From Octopus sinensis (lineage: Eukaryota), in NCBI RefSeq assembly GCF_006345805.1, contig NC_042999.1:37882001-37946000 (forward strand): a stretch of DNA of 64,000 nucleotides, written 5' to 3'. How positions within the stretch are numbered: position 1 is the first letter of the stretch; every line of letters begins with the position of its first letter. The notes under the pieces are model-generated. The model did no database searches. It worked only from the letters and a program-made list of their open reading frames with translations, and had not been told where the DNA came from. Positions 24,554 to 38,611 of this stretch are shown here, piece by piece. The position numbers and the translations under genes are program-made.

Positions 24554-25838
24554 ATTATATATACTATATATATATATATATATATACATTTTATTTGTAA
24601 TAGTTGTGGTAATATTAGTATGTGTAAAAGAGAAACTTCACGGACTATTCTCTTGGGATTTGTATTTTTCTTTTGTCGCTCACCTTCACAATACCACCTT
24701 CATCTACATCATCAAATCCATTTATTTTCTCATCACCATTCCCATCACCTAAACAATCATCCCGACTCCATCACCATCGTTATCACCATTACAAATCCTG
24801 CCTTTAGCACAATATTCTTATCATTGTCACAACTATGCACACAGCAACCACCAACCACCTACCTCCCAACATCAACACAATAATCACCACCACCGTAATG
24901 ACTTAACGCAATGTGCTCCGGCCATCTTCATCACCACAGTCATTTCTTCAATTTCCACCATTAACACTATCATCGCCCTAATCGTCCTCACACCATTCTA
25001 CCTGTACTGTCATTCATCACCAGTCATTATTCCAGTACTACGATTACGTTCAACGATACCAACTACACCTTCATGTCATTTCTCACATCACTGTCACCAC
25101 TCTCATGTCACCCCATTACCACTTTTACACCTTCAACATCACCTTCATTCACATCACTCGCATTTCCTCAAACTCCCCCTCCTCATTATCCTCATCATGA
25201 CCACGCCTTGTTATGTTAGTGACGCTACCACCAACATATTCAGCATCATCTCCAGGAACACCGGCGTCTTCATAGATCCTAACGGTTCTTCAATTCTACA
25301 TTATTTAATCAGCTTACGCTCGTTTCGAATAGGTTGGGGAATTCCAAAATTCTACGATGCAGTAATCATGCAAATTTGACTGATATTTTACAGGAATAGA
25401 GAAAATTAACCCCATAAAAACATTATCAAAGCTACGATGCGGTTAAATTTCGGTATCTCTGTAGAATATTAATCGATCAAATATGAGACAGATTAATAAG
25501 TATTATGACTACTTCGCAGAATTTTGGTATTGGTCAATATATCCGAAACGTCAATATATCCGAATTATATTCAGTTCTTCATTCTTTAGTGTTTTTCTAC
25601 AATACCCGGTGACCTTATACTTAATTTATCCGAATTTGATCTTCGGATATTTAAATTGGATAAGGAGTGGGAAAATAAATTCACGAGCTACGTGAATGAA
25701 AATGGTTTTCACTGGACAATTTATTTAGTCAGTCTTGATCCCTGCAGAGCGCTTATAAATTATTTGTTGAGGTTTTAATCCGTTTTCTTCTGTGATTTAG
25801 CTCTCTCTCTCTCTTTCTCTTTCTCTCTCTCACTCTCT

Positions 25839-25879
<41 letters not shown>

Positions 25880-25880
<1 letters not shown>

Positions 25881-27053
25881 AACAAGGGGTTTTAAAGAAC
25901 ATATGAGTTAAAACTCCCCGAAGCCACAAAAACTAACACTATATTTACACAAGTGTTCCTCAAATACTCGGGAGACAACTTCTCCCATTCTTCTTTAATA
26001 GTATCTTTAAGAGTGTCGACATTGCTGGGTGATGTTCTATTGGAAGCATGTTCTAAAACGCCCCAAATGCCATAATCCAGAGGGTTTAGATCAGGGCTAG
26101 AAGGCGGCCATAAACATGATTCCAAAAGATTGCTAAAGTTGGATTTGCAGAAATCATGTATTTTTCTAGCTGTGTGAGTTGGAGCACCATCCTGTGTCCA
26201 TACACAATTACCATCTGGGTAGTTTGCTTTAAGCCATGACAATACCTGGTATCTCAGAGTCCTGTAGTAAATACTAACGTTGATCTTTTCATCAGCTTTG
26301 TAGAATTTTACAGGCATTTTCTTTCCATCGGAAACCACAACACCAAAAACCATAACTTGAGCAGGATGTTTTGTTTTGAATGTCCCCTTAACCTCAGCTG
26401 TTGATTTTGCGATAAATCTGTCATTCTGCGGTTCAGAACAGCATCGACAGTGAAAATCTTTTCATCTGAAAAGATCGTTACAATGGAGGACTTTTTCTAG
26501 AACCTTGTGATAATTTTCTTGCACCTTTCCAATCTCTTTTCCTTCATATCTGCTGCCAACAAGTGTTTTGGTGTTCTTGTGTAAGATTTAAACCTCAAAT
26601 CATATTTGACTGCATTTCTAATGGTCGTGTTGTCTACCTCAAGTTTAATTGCCATTTTTCTCACGGATTTGGTTGGATCCTTTTGGATTTCGGATTTGAG
26701 AGCTTTAATAAAAACTTTGGTACGTTTTTTTGCTGATTCCTCCACTTCCAGACTTCCTCGTAATAGTTTTGCTCATAGTCATTCTATTCTTTACATTATA
26801 AACAGTCTTTATGGACACTCCAACTATTCTTGAAATCTCCTTTGGTGTGACGAGTGCATTCAGCAAATCACACACTCTTTGACGTTTGCTTTCCTGATTA
26901 CTCATATGGGCAAAAGTTTCTGAAAAAGGTAAGAATAATAGTGTTAGGTATGATTACGACATCAATACATGCTAGGTTTCAAAACAATCGACTTAGTGCC
27001 TGCTGAGAAAAAAACAACTTAACGTTCATTGTAAATTTTTATTCCTCACCCTG
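25880..27053 (-). mobile_element. maT/DD37D Tc1-mariner transposon, disrupted, 3' end lost
   Basis: MSNQESKRQRVCDLLNALVTPKEISRIVGVSIKTVYNV (HTH), IFSDEKIFT, WTQDGAPTH and WPPSSPDLNPLDYGIW with 37 residues between the 2nd and 3rd Asp; 5' end CAGGGTGAGGAATAAAAATTTACAATG at 27053; no matching left TIR. Confidence 0.9.
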
Positions 27054-27116
27054 CATATATATATATACATATATATATATATACATACATATATACATAC
27101 ACACACACACATATAT

Positions 27117-27176
<60 letters not shown>

Positions 27177-27197
27177 TATATATATATATACACACAC

Positions 27198-27244
<47 letters not shown>

Positions 27245-27353
27245 ATAAACGTACAGAATCTATTTATGTAACTATCAATCTATGTGACAACTTGGGCAAG
27301 TGTCTTCTACTATAGCCTCAGTCCAACCAGACGGTACTTAAAGGGGCTCCGCC

Positions 27354-27424
<71 letters not shown>

Positions 27425-28218
27425 CATGTATGTATGTGTCTATGTATGTATGCATGTATGTATGTATGTATGTAGATCTATCTATCAATCTATCTATATG
27501 TGTGTGCGTGTATCTTTGTGTCTGCCTTTTTCTCCCACTATCAGTTGACAACCAGTGTTGATGTGTTCAAGTGCTTGCAACTTAGCCGTCCGGCAAAAGA
27601 TTTCGATAGAATAAATACCAGGTTTAAAAGAGAAGTATGGTGGTCGATTCTTTCGACTAAATTTTTTCACAGTATTGCTTCAAAATGGCCGTAGTCTAAT
27701 GTCTGAAGCACATAAAAAGTAAAAGATACACAACGCGCACGCACTCCCGCCCCCGCCCCTCATATTTGAATGAATTAATACCATCGCACAAACTACAATA
27801 ATTCCGATGATTTTGTTGCAGAAATCTTCGCTGGTGGGATTTGGAATGAATGAGAGACTCTCTCACGTCATTTACATTGGAACACAGCTGCCGATGTAAA
27901 TGTCAGATCCAAAGACAATGAATGAATTTCAAGCACAATTTGGACATTACACTGGCAGAATATACTGTTGTGTGCGATTCCGTGTACAAAACACTCTTAA
28001 CAGAAGTGGTTGGAAGGTATGAACTTATTATCTTTTGAATCACATGCATTTTGCCGTATTTCCTTTTGTATGCCGTTCATTTCTTCCACCATTTATCTGA
28101 AATCAGCGCGTTAATAAAACTGATAAAACTATGTCATATAACTTGAGAAGTAATGCATGTCTCTTATGGGTATTTATATATTTTACATTATATTTCAACA
28201 TTATATTAAAAAATCCTA

Positions 28219-28620
28219 AGGCGCAGAGGTGGCTCTGTGTTAAGTAGCTTACGTACCAACTACATGGTCCCATGTTCCGTCCCAGTGTGTGCCACCTTGG
28301 GAAAGTGTCTTCTACTATAGCCTCTGGCCGACCAAATCTTTGTTAATGGATTTGGTAGACGGAAACTGAAAGAAGCCCGTTGCATATATATATATGTATG
28401 TATGTGTATATGCTTGTGTATGTGTGTTTGTCCCCCAACATCGCTTGACAACTGATGCTGGTGCTTTTATGTTCCCGTAACGTAGCGGTTCTCCATAAGA
28501 GACCGATAGAATAAGTACTAGGCTTACAAAGAACAAGTCCTGGGGTCGATTTGTTCGACTAAAAGCGGTGCCCCAGGATGGCTGCAGTTAAATGACTGAA
28601 ATAAGTAAAAGAATAAAAAT
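28219..28620 (+). mobile_element. SINE family A, diverged full length
   Basis: Head, CORE-like part and tail recognisable with substitutions. Confidence 0.85.
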
Positions 28621-28699
28621 ATTTTGTTTATGCTTATGAAAAAATAATCAAATATTTTCAATGAAATGAAATGTAAAAATTAATGTGAAAAATATTCTT

Positions 28700-28909
28700 T
28701 TCTACTCTAGGCACAAGGCCTGGAATTTTGCGGGAAGGGGGCAGTCGATTAGATCGATCCAGTACGCAACTGGTACTTAATTTATCGACCCCGAAAGGAT
28801 ATAAGTCAAAGTCGACCTCGGCGGAATTTGAACTCAGAACGTAAAGACAGACGAAATATCTCTAAGTATTTCACCCGGCCTGCTAACGTTTCTGCCTGCT
28901 CGCTGCCTT
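28700..28909 (-). mobile_element. SINE family B with alternative tail
   Basis: Head and Meta-like domain as at 20966; tail AAATTCCAGGCCTTGTGCCTAGAGTAGAA instead of the GTCTGTCC tail. Confidence 0.75.
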
Positions 28910-29293
28910 GAAAATGAGAAAAATATTAATAAACAACGGTTTTGATTTGCGGAGAGGGAATATATGTATACTACAGTTTATCTTTGAGTCTATGAATGAA
29001 ATGGTAATATTTGCTTTAACTTGTTTCATTCACTAGATATCGGCCATGCTGGGGCACCGCCTTCAACAACACTTATTTAGTATTTAGTTTTTATTAGCCT
29101 GGTACTTAGTCTATAGACCTGTTTTGCCGGACCCCAAATTTACGGGAACGTAAGCGTACCAACTCGGGTTATCAAGCGGGGAACGAACAAAAACATAGAC
29201 ACATTCACACACACACACACACACACATGCGCACGCACACGTACACACACACACACACACACGCACACACGCGCACACACACACACACAAACA

Positions 29294-29357
<64 letters not shown>

Positions 29358-30520
29358 AACACATGTTCGACGGGCTCTTTTCAGTTTCCGCCTACCAGAT
29401 ACACTCACAAGATTTTGGTTGTGTATTTTTTGTTTCAAAATTACTGGATTTTCTATTGTTTTCTCGCTTTCAGCATTTCTCATCTTCTCTAACACCTGTT
29501 TCTCATCTTCTCTAACGCTCCTCATTCTATACTTCCTCCCCACTCTCTTTCTCTCAGTGATTACATTGTAATTCATTTTTCAGAACCAGTTGAAACTCCT
29601 GTCAGACAAAGAGCTCTTGCACATAGTATTAATTAGTAGTCTTCTGCTCTTCTACATGACATGTTCATTTATTCCACAGTCTACATTGGGCTACTTGGGC
29701 GGTTGATTCATAGATTAAATCACTTAAATACGAATTAAGGGCAAATTATTAAGAATAATCGAATCATCGATTTTTCTAAAATTTAAGCACTCCGTATTCC
29801 TTCATATATCACGATTTGTCAACGCGAAACCTAACTACTTTCTCGGAATCCATAGCGTTACTATATAACATTGTATTCATGGATGTATATATGTAAAGGC
29901 ACAACCAGCCGCTACCTCTGAGAAGGCATTTGTTGGTAGTATGTAGCATGATTTTGCTCATCGGGGCGAGGAGGAGGGAGGTGCACCAGCTGCGGCTGGA
30001 ATTCATATCAGCTGCTTAAACGGGCGTTAAGTGAAATGAAGTACTTTGCTCAAAGAAGCAACTCACTACCCATCCGGAAATTGAAACCATCACTATATGA
30101 CAATCAACCGAATATCTTACCGAAGAGGTCACGGCACTTCCCGTGTGTACAGGTAAGATAATATTTAAAATGGTACATAACACAGATATTTGTGCAAATA
30201 TAAAAGGCAGGGATGCGAAACTGATAGAAAATGAAACATATTGAATTTAGTAACATACACACACACACATACACACACACTTATGAAGGCTCACACAAAC
30301 GCACAGACACGGAAACATACGTCCGCAAACTAACCACACACACACACACAGTATATATGAACGAAACTGATGTTTTATTAATATAGCTTATATATTTGAC
30401 AGCTGTAAGCCAACCAAGAATCTAACGAGATTAGTTCTGTTCATTCCTGGCTGAATATGTACTACACACACACTCGGATATAATATATACATACATACAT
30501 ACACACACACACCACACACA

Positions 30521-30573
<53 letters not shown>

Positions 30574-30639
30574 CACAAATATATTATATGTGATGCGTTA
30601 TGTATGTATGTATCTATCTATCTATCCATCCATCCATCA

Positions 30640-30744
<105 letters not shown>

Positions 30745-31175
30745 GTACATACATTCATACATGCAAACATGCATACATACACAGACATACACATATATAT
30801 CATATATATGTATATAATATATATAATGTATGTATGTATGTATGTATGTATGTATGTATGTATGTATGTATGTATGTATGTATGTATGTGTATGTGTGTA
30901 TACGTACATACCACTCGCTGATAAATAGTATTCCGTTTCTGCTCTATTACGTATTTGTGCTGTAATGGTGCTCTGTTCAGCGAAGTGCAGAAATTTGAAA
31001 TGTAACGCTCATGTGTTACGTGGTTCCCCTACCGCCGTATTATTTCCCCTTGTACCGCATATAGAAAAACTACACTCAGCTATTTTATTCCCCTTCTTTA
31101 TGTTTGCCTATGTGTTTCTCTTTCATTTATATACATTTGTTCTTGTACATAAACATACCTATTTTCGTTGAATAC

Positions 31176-31218
<43 letters not shown>

Positions 31219-33764
31219 TTTGTATGTATGTATATGTGTGTGTCTGTTGAATATATATATGAATATATAAATATCAATGTTTATACATATGTTTCCAAGT
31301 GTATATACTTTTCTTTGCCTGAGTTCTTTATTTGTTTTAGTTGTTTTTAGCATTTTATTTGTATTTTGAGTGTTTTATATCCGCAGCAGATATTTAAATC
31401 GATACATTTTACGCTTGCTAAGCGGTGGAACCTATCTTTTTTTTTTCTATCCTCTTTACTACGTAGAATACCAAGGAGGTTATACTGATTAAGTGAAAAC
31501 TCAGACGGTGATGTCATACAGAACATCGTAGACCGCACACAACGAGTGGGCCATTACATTGTTGTTCGACTTGGAACAAAGTAATGGCCAATTCGTTAAA
31601 ACACATTCTCGTTGAAACATACTGTACATTCAATAAAAAAAACCTTGAGTAACTGTTCAGGATATATTGTTTGACAATAAAATAAAGTGGTCAGGTCTTT
31701 TTAATCAGAGTTGACTTACTATTAAACAAAAATAACAATACTACTCCAGGGCCATACCTGTAATAAATGTTTCACTAACTGATGGATAACGACCCATGTA
31801 CTAACACATACATCATTCGTTCGGCTACTGTCTATATTTCGATGGAGAGGTGCCATACCACCGAAATGTGACTAGAGCTGTCTCCCTACTCACCGTAATT
31901 ATTGATATAATGTTGCCGTGTTCTTTACTTCTAATCATTCCTGAATATATTAGAGCTTATCTATTGATTTTCACTTATTAATAATCGTCGACAACGAGTA
32001 TTATTTGCAATATACAGGATTCTGATTTTTTTAACCTTTTCCACCAATCTGTCTCTCTCTACAGCTGTTTCAAGTAGCAACCTACATACTACATCTCTCA
32101 AGACTAATAATTTCATCCACCTCTTATCCATGTGCAATCTGTGCTGAGCTTTATCGTTCATCCATTAATCTCACGCCAAATACTTTGTGAAATTTCTACC
32201 TGTCTGAAATACCATTTCTTGGTATATTTTTGCCTCATATTATTTCTCAATTATCAATGTACGTAAGTTCATGTTGAACATCCTACGTATGGAACTTTAC
32301 GGTGTATGACTGGCTAGAAAATATCACGCTCTTTCGTATACATAATAGATGTAATTGAAGAAAGGATAATGACATGTGTATACATTATTACATTATCATT
32401 AGCTATATTAATAATATAAGATAAAGCAATACTGTGATTCATTAGACTTGGCTAAGTTATGCATTTACTAATAAAAGCAAAAGACGTGTCTAACTTCTTC
32501 ATGGTCATATAGTATTAGTTTTTGTAGAGCAAGCTACAGTTTTTGAATGGTAGCCTTGATCCGTTTCCCGGTGACACGTTACACCTTTGGCGCTTTTAGT
32601 GAAGTCTACACTATTGCAAGCATTCGGACCCAACCTCCAGCTTCAGGATCCTTTTCTACTTCCATTCAGCTTCGGAAGCCCTGTAAAGGTCATGAGCACT
32701 TCTGTTTTTTTTTTACTTGACTAAATAATTTCTAACGCAAACGATGCTTCGTGTGCCTTTTTGTTTGTCCAGTGGTTTTCCGATTATCTAAATCTGGTTT
32801 AATTGAACTGATATCAATCAGAGGTTACTCAGCTCCGAGTTTTCCATCTTTTATTCAGATATTGTGTGCTTATAGTATTATATTATCAAAAGTATCCTGC
32901 CTTTTTTAAAATGGTAGGGCGTGATTCGAAATATATCTAGATTTCTATATTTAGAAGTTCGCGTGACTTCATAGCGACTACATCTTTGGCATATGTCGTG
33001 GATGACGGTTTATTGAGATATGACGTAGTATTGTATCTATTACTTCTGCCATTGCTGTTGCTTTTGTTTAGGTTCTACATATTGATGTTTCTATTGTTCT
33101 TGCTGTTGTTGTTGACACTATTCCGAATATTGATGCCCAACTGGGCAGACCCGTGACGAAATATACTCAAGACGTTACTAGCCCGCCAAGCTTTCAAGCA
33201 CAATGGTTTCTAAGACAACGTTATCCAATGTGTCCTTAAAGCTAATATGTTTTTAAGAAGGCTTACAGTTATGTAAGACAGATTTCTTGATATTTATACT
33301 GAAAGATGACTGTTCAAAAGATCAATCATTGGCCCATTCTGTAAGGCTAGATTACTCTCTTTAAATCTTAGTCATAGATTTGGATTTTCAACAAAGCATC
33401 CTCATGCAGTGTATCGAAGAGGAATTAATGTGGTGAAATGCAAACTGAGTTAGTGCTGCTTTCAACTGTGCTGCTAAGAACAGCTGAATTGAGATATAGA
33501 CGCATTTCCTTATGATCACGACCAGGGTCTTGAGTTCATTCATGGGGGCCCATATTGCTGCAAGATTACAAAATTTCTTATTAGTAATCTCTGAAGGTAT
33601 TAAAGACTTTCCACCATACCAGTTTGTCAAGTACAGGAGCTGTCCTTTCCCTCTCTCACTTGGCTGTAAAATAGAAAATTCTTCTTGAAGCTATCCCTAA
33701 TGTCATATGACTATCACGGTTAAAAACGTTCATGTGCTACAGCCTTTTTTTCGAATCATTGATT

Positions 33765-34655
33765 TATTGGGGCATCCCATAAATAATGCGGTGATTTTAA
33801 TTGCGTGAACTAAAAGACGGAGGGGGACGGGATAAACTACCTGCATCAACTTGCTATAACAGCAGTTAGCAATTGTGCTTATTCTTTGTGCAAATTTTGA
33901 AGGGTGTAGTTCGATTTTAATAGTTATTTTTTCAAAGCTATAATGAAAGTCACAAAGGAGCATATTCGGCATATTTTGCTTTAGGAGTTCAATTAAGGCA
34001 ATATCGCAACGGAACGTGTGAGGAATATTAATGAAGTATATGCGAATGTCAACGGTGGTTCCAGAGATTCTGAACCGAAAATTACAGCCTAAAAGACGAG
34101 CCTCATCTTGGAAGATACGTAGAGCTGGACGAGGACGTCCTGCAAACCCTGGCAGAACAAAATCCCATCGTAACTGATTCAGAACTAGCAGAGAAGCATG
34201 GATTTGGTTATTCAACCATTCATCGGCACCTGCGCTAGAAGAAAACCGACCATCTTTGGTTTCAAAACGAAAGGTATTTTCCATCACGATAATGCTCGGC
34301 CACAACAGCGAAGATGACATTCCGAAGGCTGGAGCAGTTTGAATGGGAAAGGATGCCCCACCCACCATATCCGCCGGACATTGCCCCTCTGATTATCATC
34401 TATTCCGCAGTTTTCAAAATCATTTGAACTAAAAAATATGAATTATATAGACGAGGTCAGTACAGTACTGGAAGAGTATTTTTTCGTCACAGACAAATGA
34501 ATTTTGGAAGCGGAGCCTTGCAAGGTTACCTGAGAGATAGAAGAGCATTGCAGAAAATGAAGGACAATATATTTTAGATTAGAAAAAAAAATTTATCTTA
34601 ATTTTGAAAAGTAAAAGAAGTATAGTAAAACCGCATTATTTATGGGACGATGATA
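33765..34655 (+). mobile_element. Internally deleted mariner (DD34D) with both TIRs
   Basis: TIR core TCCCATAAATAATGCGGT at ~33775-33792 and reverse at 34630-34647; plus-strand remnants MKVTKEHIRHILL, FFHHDNARP and HPPYPPDIA(P)SDYHLFRSFQNHL; 34-residue D-D spacing after restoring two 1-bp deletions. ORF 33730..34368 (-) is its antisense. Confidence 0.9.
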
Positions 34656-35119
34656 TTTGAATCAAGCACTTGATTGAGTAAACCATAGTATACGTCTCTT
34701 AAAGACGAATTGAACACAAGATCAAGAGGAAATGAAACGTCGATTATTTTATAAACTGATTTTATAAACCTCACTCAATCATTTAATTCTATTGTGATGC
34801 CAAGTAAGAACATTTTTCATTATCAAGTGTAAACAAGGTTCTGGAAGCCGTACTCGATTTTGCGATCAAGTTCCATATGAAACCGTATAAATCTAAGTTG
34901 CGTTAATGATGAATAGGTAACAAATAGTCAACACAACATACTAATTAATATTATAACACAGAAAATACTTTTAGAGTAAGATTGATTCAAATTCTGACAC
35001 GGTATCTCTTATAATAATAAATTGCATTGTGTGTATGCGTGTATGTATGAGTAACTTTACGTTACTAAAGTTGCATCGATATAAACTTACACTATAAACG
35101 TACTCTTGTATAAATATTT

Positions 35120-35209
<90 letters not shown>

Positions 35210-35423
35210 CCGCAATCAATTAAGCTATCTGTCTTTATTGTTGCAGTTCTTCTTCTTCTTCTTCTTCTTCTTCTTCTTCTTCTTCTTCTTCTTCTTCTTC
35301 TCCTTTTCTTCTTCTTCTTCTTCTTCTTCTTCTTCTTCCTGTTCTTCTTCTTCTTCTTCTTCTTCCCCTTTTTCTTTCTCTTCTTCTTCATCTTCTTCTT
35401 CTTTTTCTTCTTCTTCCCCTCTT

Positions 35424-35497
<74 letters not shown>

Positions 35498-35535
35498 AAA
35501 TAATAATAATGATAATAATAATAATAATAATAATA
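35120..35535. repeat. Compound microsatellite (CTAT)n-(CTT)n-(ACA)n-(ACT)n-(AAT)n
   Basis: Successive tetra- and trinucleotide tracts. Confidence 0.95.
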
Positions 35536-35951
35536 ATAAGAATGATTATAATAAGGCCTGAAATTTGGAGGTAGGATGTTATTCAATTACATCGAATGAG
35601 GTGCTCATTCTTATTTAATGTCTCTGAAGGATGAGCGATAAAGACGACTTCTTCAGAACAGGAATTTAGGAGGTAACGATTCCGTTATCTCGTCACTTTT
35701 GAATAATAGTATCCAAATTTTTCCCCAGGTGAGCAATTTTATGGGTGGGAACAAGTTGAATACATCAACCTCGTTCTTGATTGGTGCTTTATTTCTATCG
35801 AGACCGAAATGTTGAAAGGCTGAAAGGCAATATTCACCTGAGCGGCGGGATTTAAACTTAGAGCGTAACGACTCGGAATAATTACAATCGGAAGACCCTA
35901 ATCGGAAGATATGCCTTCCGATTCTTCAACGAATCCGCCAATGCGATTCCC

Positions 35952-36040
<89 letters not shown>

Positions 36041-36193
36041 CACCTACAAATATAGCACTGCTTGGAACTGCAAGAATTCGCGGGGTGGTTCTTGAAGCAA
36101 GACCAGTAAACAAGTGTCACCTTAGTCTGCTGCCTGTAGACAGCCGACATTTTCCATCAAACCCAGCAAAATACGGTGTGAGTTTTCACCACA
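36041..36193 (+). mobile_element. Very short Dong/R4-like 3' fragment in (TAA)n
   Basis: Translates, allowing small indels, to HLQ-IALLGTARI-R-VLEA, like the C-terminal helix of R4/Dong ORFs; followed by a short UTR and (TAA)n; second copy at 38320-38460. Confidence 0.7.
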
Positions 36194-36203
36194 TAATAAT
36201 AAC

Positions 36204-36293
<90 letters not shown>

Positions 36294-36307
36294 AATAATA
36301 ATAATAA

Positions 36308-38135
36308 CATTCTGCATAGCCCTAATACCCCTTACAAGTGAATTAAACAGAACAGGGCATGGGTATAAAATTGTCAATAAAAAAATAAGCCATCTATTTT
36401 ATATGGATGACTTAAAACTCTATGATAAAGACGATAATGAACTTGAAGGCCTATTGCGCACTGTGAAAGCATTCAGCGATGACATCGGGATGGTGTTTGG
36501 GCTTGAGAAGTGTGCCAAGGCCACTTTCCAGAAAGGGAAAGTGAAGACCACAAATTCAGTCGTGATAGATGTTGACACAGTCATAAGAGAGCTTGAGCAA
36601 GAACAAACATACATATATTTAGGGGTAAATGAAGGCTCTGGTATTCAGCATGCAAGCATGAAAGAGAAGATCAGGAAGGAATGTTATAGGAGAGTTCGTG
36701 CAGTCCTGAAATCTGAACTAAATGCACGTAACAAGGTGTTAGCTATAAATTCCTTAGCAGTTCCAGTTGTTACTTATAGCTACAATGTGTTGAACTGGAA
36801 TATGAGTGAAGTAAAGAATATAGATAGGAAAATACGCAAGCTGCTGTGTTGTAATAGGATGCACCACCCAAAGGCAGACGTAGATCGCCTTTACCTCCCC
36901 AGAGCCCAAGGAGGTCGAGGCCTGATCCAATCTGAACTAGCTAACAAAACAACCACAATTGGACTGGCCAAATATCTTGAAATAACGAATGACTGGATGC
37001 TAAAGCTCGTGGAAAATCACAAGAGACGAAAGAAGCTTCATTCTATCATAAAGGAAAGCAAAAAATTTGCTATTGATCTCGTGCAGGATACCCAAACTGA
37101 ACAACCCGAGGGAAGTACGGCAACTATTGTTGCAAAGACGGTGAAAATAATAGCAACGAAAAAAGCGCACGAGCAATTGGCTGATAGGTGGGAGGAGAAA
37201 CCTCTGCACGGCAAATATGTGAGCCCGTAGCAAACAAGCTGATGTTGACCAGAAGCAAACCCATCAGTGGCTACGGAGCTCAGCGCTAAAAGCAGAGAGC
37301 GAAGGTTTCATCCTGGCTGCTCAAGATCAAAGGCTATTAACCGGGAACTACCAGGCCAATGTGATGAAAAAGGGAGCAGACCCAAAATGCCGATTCTGCA
37401 ACGACATGATTGAAACAGTGGACCACCTAATCTCTGGATGTAAAGTCTTAGCACCAGTGGAGTATAAATTAAGACATGTCAGAGTTGGCCAATATCTCCA
37501 CTGGCTAATAAGTCGGCATTACAATATCAAAACTGCCGACAAGTGGTATAATCACCACCTTGAGGCTGTAACTGAAGGAGAAAATGTAACCATTCTGTGG
37601 GACTTTCCAGTACATACAGACCGAACCATCAAGGCCAATAAACCAGATATTGTTGTGAAAGACCAAAACAATAAAGTTTGCTTATTGATCGGCATGAGTA
37701 TCCCCTTAGATCATAATATCTCGGCGAAAGAGTTTGACAAGCTCAGAAAATATAAAGACCTGCTCATTGAAATTGAGAAAATGTGGCATCTCAAGACGAT
37801 TACAATACCAGTGATCGTAGGTGCACTAGGAATGATCAAGAAGGGAACCGAAAATTATATGAGAATGATCCCGGGCTTACCATCCCTGCAAGAAGTGCAA
37901 AAGATTGTCTTAATTGGTACATCACACGTATTGAGAAGAGCATTGTCGATGTGAGAACTGTTGCTGCTCATGTATTTTAATTTAACTTTATTTCTATAAA
38001 AAAAAACTGAACGAACGAACTAGTGAGTTTAGTTTAATGGCCTACCAATGTATACTATGAGTTTCTTTGCCCTAGGAGTCGGGAAGACACACGGCAAGAA
38101 ATGGAAGCAAATTTGAAAGAAGAAGAAAAACCCAT
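36308..38135 (+). mobile_element. Dong/R4-clade non-LTR retrotransposon, copy A (5'-truncated, frameshifted)
   Basis: LFYMDDLKLY RT motif, CRFC...ETVDHLISGC knuckle, KPDIVV...KLRKYKDL restriction-like endonuclease; flanked both sides by (TAA/TGA)n. Confidence 0.95.
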
Positions 38136-38149
38136 AAATAATAATAATG

Positions 38150-38180
<31 letters not shown>

Positions 38181-38271
38181 TGATGATGATAATAATAATA
38201 TTAATAATAATAATAATAATAATAATGATGATGATGATGATGATGATGGTGATGATGATAATAGTAATAAT

Positions 38272-38317
<46 letters not shown>

Positions 38318-38319
38318 GA

Positions 38320-38458
38320 CACCTACAAATTTAGCACTGCTTGGAACTGCAAGAATTCTTCGCGGGGTTCTCAAAGCAAGACCAGTAAACAAGTGTCACC
38401 TGTAGACTGCTGATATTTTCCATCAAACCCAGCAAAATACGGTGTGAGTTTTCTCCAC

Positions 38459-38460
<2 letters not shown>
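38320..38460 (+). mobile_element. Very short Dong/R4-like 3' fragment, second copy
   Basis: Starts at the same CACCTACAAA as 36041; diverged, with an internal deletion. Confidence 0.7.
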
Positions 38461-38517
<57 letters not shown>

Positions 38518-38559
38518 AATAATGATAATGATAATAATGATAATAATAATAATAATAAT

Positions 38560-38611
<52 letters not shown>

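Noticed and set aside
31835-31875. Hammerhead-like GGTG...CACC-GAAA
   Set aside because: CTGANGA core and cleavage triplet are not intact and no stem I is present.
33730-34368. 212-aa minus-strand ORF
   Set aside because: Antisense to the mariner transposase remnant; the recognisable motifs are on the plus strand.
36085-36310. Poly-Ile/poly-Met N-terminal extension of the 381-aa ORF
   Set aside because: Comes from the (ATA)n/(ATG)n target tract fused in frame to the truncated Dong copy A.
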